DNA of 12,985 nucleotides from a virus. Lineage: Duplodnaviria; Heunggongvirae; Uroviricota; Caudoviricetes. Position numbers and translations under genes: made by a program. The stretch is from the IMG/VR virus record IMGVR_UViG_2537561857_000027; one strand, written 5' to 3'. The notes beneath the pieces were generated by a model. It had not been told where the DNA came from, did no database searches, and worked only from the letters and a program-made list of their open reading frames with translations. This document shows, one piece after another, positions 1 through 5,707 of this stretch; positions within the stretch are counted from its first letter, which is position 1, and each line of letters starts with the position of its first letter.

Positions 1-393
1 TTATGCCGTCACTGAATCGCGCTCAACATACCGATCCATCTCCAGCCGAACATCCAGCATCATCAGCATTCCTTCAATAACACCTTCAGCTTTTTGCAGC
101 CGCTTTCCGATAGTCCCATCAGAGCATTCATGTTTTTGCGCCAGTGACATAAACGTCATCCCCCGCACGTAGTAATCAACCAGCAACTCATGCAGATCGC
201 GATTGTTCCGGTAAAGGCGGGCTATGCACCCGCATATCACCATCGCATCATCGTCACAGCACTGTGGGCGTGATGTTATCTTTGCCGGAATAATCCCCTT
301 AAATCCTGCGGCAACGGATGACCAGGTCACATTCTCGCGATTATTTGCCGCCCACGCTCCCCTGCGTTCCAGAACCTGCTGAATATCACGCAT
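1..393 (-). CDS. Phage antitermination protein Q-like (QuuD-like), about 130 aa
   Basis: ORF-track frame 1..399 with stop at 1-3. The track's first codon is TTG; the first ATG is at 393-391, preceded by GAGG 9 nt upstream. The product [18 protein letters not shown]...CCDDDAM...[18 protein letters not shown]...[15 protein letters not shown] matches, from memory, the DLP12 QuuD / Q antiterminator family. Identification is by recall, not search. Confidence 0.6.
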   Translation of the reverse strand: MRDIQQVLERRGAWAANNRENVTWSSVAAGFKGIIPAKITSRPQCCDDDAMVICGCIARLYRNNRDLHELLVDYYVRGMTFMSLAQKHECSDGTIGKRLQKAEGVIEGMLMMLDVRLEMDRYVERDSVTA

Positions 394-461
394 CAACAAT
401 CGCCTCGTAATAGCTGTGGTTACATACCCGTAATTCGGAGATGCACTGGATGAAAGTTAAA

Positions 462-600
462 CTACGAAAATTTCGTAGTTCTGACCCTCTTAAAGATGGT
501 TTGTTATCAGCCCTCAGAAGTGAGGGATGTAAAAATCAGGGCTGGCTGGCTGGCCCGGTCTGGATGGTTTACATACCCCGATATCGGGGATGTACAAATC
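462..600. other. Cluster of three GC-rich hairpins upstream of the Q-like gene: CTACGAAAATTTCGTAG (462-478), CCCTCAgaagTGAGGG (511-526), CCCCGATATCGGGG (576-589); the last two are each followed by ATGTA(A/C)AAATC
   Basis: Inverted repeats read directly from the sequence. The third is embedded in a longer imperfect palindrome ACATACCCCGATATCGGGGATGTA. None is followed by a T-run on the plus strand. Function unknown. Confidence 0.4.
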
Positions 601-779
601 ATGGTTTTACGACTGGTGAATTTGAACAACTCAAATAATCGAGTAAATGAGCAATAAACATCAATGGGTTAGAGTAATACCACGCAGCAGTGTTTCTCAA
701 CGCCCACCACTGACGGAAGTTGAATAAACTGAGCAGGCCAAAGCTCAAAAATGAGCTTTGGAACAATATCAACAAGTTA

Positions 780-975
780 CCGCCGTAACCGCTCCGGTTT
801 CCCCCAATGGGGGATTTCGAAAGAATCAACGGCTTAGGCCTTAATCATCTGCGTAATCATAATGATTATTCAGCCAGCGCAATTTTGCGCTTTGCTTTAA
901 TCTCAATGAGTTACCACGCCGACTTCCTCAAATTGAGGATTGTGGAAGAATCAACGGGTTAAGCCTAAATCAAAG
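780..975. repeat. Two degenerate tandem units about 125 bp apart, each a short GC hairpin (CCCCCAATGGGGG 800-812; CCTCAAATTGAGG 925-937) followed by the box GAAGAATCAACGGNTTARGCCTNAATCA (818-846; 945-972)
   Basis: Direct comparison of the two units. Both boxes contain a perfect match to the IHF core consensus WATCAANNNNTTR (AATCAACGGCTTA 823-835; AATCAACGGGTTA 949-961). No convincing ORF on either strand. Confidence 0.45.
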
Positions 976-1146
976 TTTTCGTGTGTATGTATTCGAAGGC
1001 TGATTTTCATGAAAATACCTTTAGAAGGGGTTTTGAAATTCCTCATTTGTGGCTCTGGCTTATGCCACTGATACGGAGCCGCGTTCTGTCGCTGCTCCTG
1101 CCGTCTCCTGACCACCATATGTTCCACCGTGTACAGCGTGCTCAGT

Positions 1147-1170
1147 AAAAACCACAGATTCGTGGTTTTT
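1147..1170. terminator. Candidate bidirectional intrinsic terminator (AAAA-ACCAC-agattc-GTGGT-TTTTT)
   Basis: 5-bp stem with 6-nt loop, flanked by an A-run upstream and a T-run downstream, so it is a hairpin plus U-tract on either strand. It lies about 70 bp downstream of the stop of the minus-strand 57-aa gene. The stem is short, so this is weak. Confidence 0.35.
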
Positions 1171-1239
1171 CTCCGGCTCTTTTTGCGACTCGTTTAAAAC
1201 TGGTCACAAGGTTACTTAAAGTTACTCAGTTCGACACCA

Positions 1240-1413
1240 TCACGGCACACCAGCCACAACACGCGCATAATTTTCAGTGGTCACGCTGTCCGGCTGCGTG
1301 GACTCCTGTTTGCGCTGGCGTTCTCTCTGCTCTTCAATCATGAGGATTAACTCGCGCTCCTCCTGTTCTTCAATAATCCCGTGAATTACCTCTGTTGGTG
1401 AACGGTCGGTCAT
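1240..1413 (-). CDS. Hypothetical small acidic protein, 57 aa (MTDRSPTEVIHGIIEEQEERELILMIEEQRERQRKQESTQPDSVTTENYARVVAGVP)
   Basis: Hand translation; below the 60-aa cut-off of the ORF track. ATG at 1413-1411 is preceded by a G-rich SD-like stretch (GGGGG, about 4 nt spacer); stop at 1240-1242. Its first 30 bp are duplicated at 4390-4419. Flanked on both sides by GGTTACTT(A/T)AAGT(T/A)ACT sites (1210-1227 and 1465-1483). Confidence 0.4.
   Translation of the reverse strand: MTDRSPTEVIHGIIEEQEERELILMIEEQRERQRKQESTQPDSVTTENYARVVAGVP
1382..1411. repeat. 30-bp perfect direct repeat, copy 1 (TGAATTACCTCTGTTGGTGAACGGTCGGTC); partner at 4390-4419
   Basis: Exact 30/30 identity read from the sequence; flanking bases differ on both sides. 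Copy 1 covers codons 2-10 of the 57-aa gene. Confidence 0.9.
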
Positions 1414-1550
1414 CGGTCCCCCTGTGAGTTGCGGTTATGCTCTGTAAAAACGTTCATTTTTGTAGGTTACTTTAAGTAACTTACAAAAAATCGATCATCA
1501 CGTATCGGTTTCGTTTTGCGCTTCCTGTTGCGTTTCGTTTTTGAGAAAAA

Positions 1551-1756
1551 TGCGCATTTTTTTGCGCACTTTTTGAGGTGGTCTATCCCCCTGCAAGCCG
1601 CGTCGTTACTGGCTTTGTGCTGGTGGTCAGCATAATCGATTTTGTGATCGGTTTTATGATCGAATTTGCGCAGTTTTCTGCGCACTTTTCGGGGAATTGT
1701 TGCCCTACGGAATGTGTGCATCAGGAGCGATATGTAACTGACTTTGTAACTGACTT
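1551..1756. promoter_or_regulatory. Operator-like repeat block: two pairs of the palindromic hexamer TGCGCA at 12-bp centre spacing (1551-1556/1563-1568 and 1667-1672/1679-1684), plus two directly adjacent 12-bp repeats TGTAACTGACTT (1733-1744, 1745-1756)
   Basis: Read directly from the sequence. The block sits in a 630-bp stretch (1414-2067) with no convincing ORF, between the restriction gene and the 57-aa gene. A regulatory function is inferred only. Confidence 0.35.
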
Positions 1757-2045
1757 ACTGTCAGCCGCAATCACTACGGGTAATTGCAGATTTCTTACGC
1801 GATTTTAAAATCAGGCCTTCCGTTGTGACATTTCTTTGATGTGCATGAGGTATATTGCTCGCAAGTTATCTTTCGCCCATGTCGTCAATAGTTTTACGGC
1901 CTTAATTAGATCGTTAAACGTATCGACATCGCTCAGTCCGATTTGCTTATTTGGGATTTGTGTTATTGATCAGATCTCATAATCTGGATTGAGTTCCCTC
2001 AAATACGAAGTGATCTACTATTCCGAACAGCTATTTAGTCATCAT

Positions 2046-2069
2046 AACCGGGTTTATCCCGGCTTTTTT
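2046..2069 (+). terminator. Candidate plus-strand intrinsic terminator (CCGGG-ttta-CCCGG, then c + TTTTTT)
   Basis: 5-bp GC stem followed by a T6 run on the plus strand only. Its T-run overlaps the stop codon of the convergent minus-strand restriction gene. It implies plus-strand transcription in 1414-2040. Confidence 0.4.
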
Positions 2070-3144
2070 AATGTTTGATGCATTTTTCCATGAAAGAATC
2101 TAAGAATTGATCGGTTATTCCTTGAGGCTTTCGGCGCTCACAAAGAGAATACAATTCTTCTACGGCAGAGTAAGGAAAAAATTTTGTGTCTAGCTCACGA
2201 AATTGTGGTCTATTTGCAAACTCAATTACTTTTTCTCTATATTCATCTGGAGCTACGATTGTCCATCGTATATCTTGCAGACGGGGAGCATAATCACAGA
2301 AGTTCTTCATACGTGCTAAACCCCTTATTATTCCGGTACTATGCTCGATCTCCATCACGGCAGGCATCAATTTACCATTTCTAAACCAGATGCAATCTAT
2401 CAATCTTGCGCCAGCAATGGCTTCGCTGTAGGAACTTAGGACTTTTTCATTAGACAGACTGTCAATGACACCATCCATTTGAGCGATTGCTTTACCATTG
2501 TATTTTAATCCTCGGTCATTAGCTGCAACCCATGTTCTGTATCCCAGATGATGACCGATTTTTACTAATGCTATCTGGATTTGTGCATGTCTTCTTGATT
2601 CTTCAATAGACATGCCTTCAATTGGACGGATTGTTTCTGAATCAACACTTTGGTATACAACTTCTGTGTTCATCTCTGATATTACAATATTAGTTTTGTA
2701 TTCAGAAAGCTTGCCGTTTTCATGTGGTAAATTCGGTAAGTATATAAGATGCTTGTGGCCTTTTTTAATCGTCTGTTTCGTATTAATAACCTCTAAGCGG
2801 TCGAGTTTACACCAATAAAATTGAGGTGTATGAGCAAGCAAACTTTCAATAACTGAACGAGAGTTATAGCTTGCACCGAATACTCTATCTAAATTGATAG
2901 GCGCATCCTCTTGAATTGCGTTAGCCAAACGCCATAGCATTTGGCTAGATATGCTATCAACTTTGGCATCTCTGAGCGTTTCACCTTTGGTTGGATTGAA
3001 ACGTTTAAAGCGTATTGGGCCTTCTGGTAACTTAATCGAGTCGATAACAATCTTCCCGGCATTACTTTCATTCACATAATCAAACTGCCTGTTTTTGGGT
3101 AGATTTGCTATCGCATTCACAAGATTCATTGCTGTTAAATTCAT
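2068..3144 (-). CDS. Putative Type II restriction endonuclease partner of the adjacent methyltransferase (358 aa); nuclease family not recognisable
   Basis: Long ORF directly downstream of, and overlapping by 65 nt, the C5-methyltransferase gene on the same strand. ATG at 3144 has GGGA 6 nt upstream. The C-terminal region has a possible PD-(D/E)xK-like arrangement (...ARLIDCIWF...PAVMEIEHS...), which is a weak call. The restriction function is inferred from operon context. Confidence 0.5.
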   Translation of the reverse strand: MNLTAMNLVNAIANLPKNRQFDYVNESNAGKIVIDSIKLPEGPIRFKRFNPTKGETLRDAKVDSISSQMLWRLANAIQEDAPINLDRVFGASYNSRSVIESLLAHTPQFYWCKLDRLEVINTKQTIKKGHKHLIYLPNLPHENGKLSEYKTNIVISEMNTEVVYQSVDSETIRPIEGMSIEESRRHAQIQIALVKIGHHLGYRTWVAANDRGLKYNGKAIAQMDGVIDSLSNEKVLSSYSEAIAGARLIDCIWFRNGKLMPAVMEIEHSTGIIRGLARMKNFCDYAPRLQDIRWTIVAPDEYREKVIEFANRPQFRELDTKFFPYSAVEELYSLCERRKPQGITDQFLDSFMEKCIKH

Positions 3145-4219
3145 CTTTTATCCCTAAATGCTCTAATATGGATTTTGCTATGCCTAAAGCCGCAAGGTAA
3201 GGAACACCATTGCCAACAGTTTTAAACATATTTGAAAGAGTCATGTAAGATGGCAATTCGAATTCTTTCGGTAAAGACTGAATGGCAAGTGCTTCTGCAA
3301 CTGTTATTCTACGTGGCTTATATGGATGCAAATGTACTTCATTATTACCGTAAGCAGCTGTTGGAGAATATCTCCAGCGATGAAGACGCTTGTAAGATTT
3401 TTTGCTATCGTCCCCTTCAGCTACAGCTTTAAAGCGAACTAACCCAGCCCTAGCAGTAAACACATGTTTTGCGTTCACATGTTCAGAAACTTTGTTTTTC
3501 CTAAACCAGTAGTCAACAGTTAACTCTTCAGGAAGTGACTCAGGCATTGCCAGTGTTGAGTTCTCAACAAATTCATTCGTAGTTGGCCAATTATGTTCAA
3601 AAGCACTACTATCTGGGTATAATCTTCCACTCCAGTTAAAGATCTTGGTTAGACTTTTATTTTGGAAACCCAACAGAATAATGCGTTCACGGTCTTGCGG
3701 GACTCCGTATTCAATCGAATTTATTAACCTTTCATGAAGGATGTAACCAACGTCCATTAACTGTTTTTTGAGATGCTCAAAAAACTCACGGTGTTTGAGC
3801 GTGCGATAAAGACCTTTGACGTTCTCGAACAAAAAGAAGTCAGGCTTCATCTCAACAATTATATTGATGTAACTTTGAGACAGCTTACCGTTCTCTCCAT
3901 CGCGACCTTTGTTCTTACCTGCAACGGAGAAATCAGGGCACGGTGGGCCACCGATGAAGCCAATTAGTCTTTTTTCTTTCTTGAGAGCTTTAATATTATC
4001 TTTCAACTTATTGTGATCAACTTCCTCGATGCTCTCTTCTGCATATCCAAAACGTGGGATAGGTTTGTTCATCACCGCTCGTGAGTGCTTGTAAGCATCC
4101 ATAAATGGTGGGTGAAATTCATTCACAAAAACCACCTCGTAGCCTGAGTTTTCGAAGCCAAGATCTAGAAAACCTGAGCCGGAAAAGAAAGAGAAGATGG
4201 CGGGTTTAAGTGTGGACAT
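3080..4219 (-). CDS. DNA (cytosine-5)-methyltransferase, Type II R-M modification subunit (379 aa)
   Basis: Canonical m5C-MTase motifs in the correct order: I FSGSGF (FxGxG), IV GGPPCPDFS (catalytic Pro-Cys), VI ENVKGL, VIII QDRERIILLGF, IX RRITVAEALAIQSLP, X GNGVPY. A variable region of about 130 aa lies between VIII and IX. Start ATG at 4219. Confidence 0.9.
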   Translation of the reverse strand: MSTLKPAIFSFFSGSGFLDLGFENSGYEVVFVNEFHPPFMDAYKHSRAVMNKPIPRFGYAEESIEEVDHNKLKDNIKALKKEKRLIGFIGGPPCPDFSVAGKNKGRDGENGKLSQSYINIIVEMKPDFFLFENVKGLYRTLKHREFFEHLKKQLMDVGYILHERLINSIEYGVPQDRERIILLGFQNKSLTKIFNWSGRLYPDSSAFEHNWPTTNEFVENSTLAMPESLPEELTVDYWFRKNKVSEHVNAKHVFTARAGLVRFKAVAEGDDSKKSYKRLHRWRYSPTAAYGNNEVHLHPYKPRRITVAEALAIQSLPKEFELPSYMTLSNMFKTVGNGVPYLAALGIAKSILEHLGIKDEFNSNESCECDSKSTQKQAV

Positions 4220-4248
4220 TTTTTACCTATCGGTGATCGTTGAGTCAT

Positions 4249-4285
4249 GCAAAAACGCCCCTGCATCTTACCAGATGAAAGGGGC
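4249..4285 (-). terminator. Minus-strand intrinsic terminator between ssb and the R-M operon (GCCCCT...AGGGGC stem with inner CATC/GATG pairing, then T-run)
   Basis: Plus-strand 4257-4262 GCCCCT pairs with 4280-4285 AGGGGC; the plus-strand A5 at 4251-4255 is the U-tract after the hairpin on the minus transcript. Confidence 0.5.
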
Positions 4286-4292
4286 ATTGCAA
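4265..4292 (-). promoter_or_regulatory. Candidate sigma70 promoter for the R-M operon: -35 TTGCAA (4292-4287), 16-nt spacer, -10 TAAGAT (4270-4265)
   Basis: Hexamers read on the minus strand. The -10 lies in the loop of the upstream terminator hairpin, so cassette transcripts would start inside or after the hairpin while read-through from ssb is terminated. Confidence 0.4.
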
Positions 4293-4367
4293 CGGGATTG
4301 CAGGCTCTTGTAAAGGTCGTCCGTTGTCATTTTTATGGATATAGTCTTTAATCAACGTGTTCACCTC

Positions 4368-4430
4368 CTATGATGTGTTTAAGGTTGCTTGAATTACCTC
4401 TGTTGGTGAACGGTCGGTCTGCTGGTTCAT
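4368..4430 (-). pseudogene. Truncated duplicate (20 codons, MNQQTDRSPTEVIQATLNTS) of the 5' end of the 57-aa gene at 1240-1413
   Basis: Shares the 30-bp repeat and the peptide TDRSPTEVI with the full-length gene, then diverges to a stop at 4368-4370. Its ATG lies 13 nt after the ssb stop. Confidence 0.5.
4390..4419. repeat. 30-bp perfect direct repeat, copy 2; partner at 1382-1411
   Basis: Exact identity to 1382-1411. Confidence 0.9.
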
Positions 4431-4443
4431 GTTGTGCTGTCAT

Positions 4444-4893
4444 TCAGAACGGAATATCGTCAGAGAACGGGTCATCACCTCCCGCTGGTGGCTGATTTCC
4501 CTGCTGTCCGGTCTGTCGTTTTGCTCTTTCCAGTGCTTCAGTCGCCTTCCCCTGTTGCCCCCGCTTCCCGCCAGGGCGCACCGAACGGGCACTGATTACG
4601 CTGTCAGCGATAACCTGCCAGCCCTGCCGTGTTTCCCCGTTCTGTCCGGTCCACTGGCTGATCTGCATGTTACCCGCCACGCTGATAAGGTCGCCTTTTT
4701 CATGTCTCGCCAGCGCGTCGGCCTGCTTACCAAATGCCAGGACTGATAGCCATAACGTCGCCTGTCCGTCCTGTGCCTGACTGCATGGCAGTGATACCGC
4801 CATACGCGCCAGCGTCATCGGTGTGCCCTTGCTGGTCTGTTTTACCTGCGGGTCGTCCACCAGCCGCCCGTAAGCTGCAATCTGTGCTGTCAT
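4444..4893 (-). CDS. ssb: Single-stranded DNA-binding protein (SSB), 149 aa
   Basis: Gly/Gln/Pro-rich linker and the hallmark acidic C-terminal tail ...GGDDPFSDDIPF (E. coli SSB ends DDDIPF). AAGGAG lies 8 nt upstream of the ATG. Start overlaps the stop of the upstream gene (ATGA). Confidence 0.85.
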   Translation of the reverse strand: MTAQIAAYGRLVDDPQVKQTSKGTPMTLARMAVSLPCSQAQDGQATLWLSVLAFGKQADALARHEKGDLISVAGNMQISQWTGQNGETRQGWQVIADSVISARSVRPGGKRGQQGKATEALERAKRQTGQQGNQPPAGGDDPFSDDIPF

Positions 4894-5306
4894 GGTCTGC
4901 GCTCCTTGTTCCGGTACTCCTGGATAATCCCCATTGTCATATCGAATAAATCACATGCCGCTTTTTCTGCATCTTCCGCTTTCAGGTCATACAGCGTCAT
5001 GAAATGGTGAGCGATTGCCCGTGCGGATCTTTTGCTGTTTGCTGAATATTTCTCATAGATTTTTTCTGCCCGCTCTTCAATATCCCGCCGGAACTCTTCA
5101 CGTTCAAACAGGTCACGGTGTATCAACATCAGCGAATCATTCAGCCATGTCACATCGGCGTATACCGTTCGCTTCCAGACAATCAGGATCGGGATATGTT
5201 TTTCATCGCAGTGATGCAGATGTTCGTCAGGTATATAAAGCGTGGCTCTGCCTCGTACCGATACGAACCTCACAACAGATTCCGTTTCACTTGTTTTTTT
5301 GATCAT
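4890..5306 (-). CDS. Hypothetical protein, 138 aa, translationally coupled to ssb
   Basis: The track ORF 4890..5435 runs back into the origin iterons, giving an RRLRQLRQLRRLRR artefact. The internal ATG at 5306 has a strong SD (AAGGAG, 7-nt spacer), so the start is placed there. Confidence 0.6.
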   Translation of the reverse strand: MIKKTSETESVVRFVSVRGRATLYIPDEHLHHCDEKHIPILIVWKRTVYADVTWLNDSLMLIHRDLFEREEFRRDIEERAEKIYEKYSANSKRSARAIAHHFMTLYDLKAEDAEKAACDLFDMTMGIIQEYRNKERRP

Positions 5307-5367
5307 GAATCGTCTCCTTCCAGGCATCACATCATTCACACGCTTTATATATATAGGAAAAACGTGT

Positions 5368-5683
5368 CGCCTCAGTCGCCTCAGTTGCCTCAGTTGCCTC
5401 AAACGTCTTAACGTATTGATTTGATTAATAATCACAAAAAAATTGAGGCGACATCATGTCGATTTGAGGCAACAATAGGGGGTATTTGAGGCAACATCAC
5501 GTTGGTTCCGTTCAGACAAACAAAACCTGTCAGCCGTGTTGCCTCAAAATGGGCAGTTGTTGCCTCAAAATGGGTAATTGTTGCCTCAAAATGAGCAATT
5601 GTTGCCTCAGTAAAAACAGAAATAAAACATATAAATCAATCACATATATATATTTATTACTGTTTGAGGCAACTGAGGCAACA
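5368..5683. repeat. Iteron-type replication origin: at least 13 copies of the 9-mer GTTGCCTCA / TGAGGCAAC in both orientations, plus an AT-rich stretch (5611-5662)
   Basis: Four tandem 9-mers at 5368-5403; three inverted copies at 5444-5496; four copies at exact 21-bp spacing (5539, 5560, 5581, 5602); two inverted copies at 5666-5683. The array lies immediately downstream of the replication protein gene. Confidence 0.8.
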
Positions 5684-5707
5684 TTTTTTCATCTTATATA
5701 CGCGTAG

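Noticed and set aside
441-829. Track ORFs 441..638 (+) and 599..829 (-)
   Set aside because: No SD-like elements, composition is not protein-like, and they are built over hairpin and repeat DNA.
780-975. tRNA or tmRNA gene fragment suggested by TTCGAA-containing hairpins
   Set aside because: No T-arm (GGTTCGAATCC-type) with a complementary stem, no acceptor stem or CCA context on either strand.
1467-1808. Track ORFs 1467..1721 (-) and 1578..1808 (+, GTG start)
   Set aside because: Lys/Arg-rich or hydrophobic translations of repeat-rich AT-rich DNA with no ribosome-binding site. A small hydrophobic peptide on the plus strand cannot be fully excluded.
5368-5683. CRISPR array
   Set aside because: Repeats are only 9 bp, occur in both orientations with 12-13 bp invariant-length gaps of similar sequence, and no cas genes are present. 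This is an iteron origin.
5486-5707. Plus-strand 73-aa ORF (CCLKMGSCCLKMGNCCLKM...) and the N-terminal 43 codons of track ORF 4890..5435
   Set aside because: Both are translations of the 9-bp iteron array; periodic peptide repeats are an artefact of the DNA repeat.
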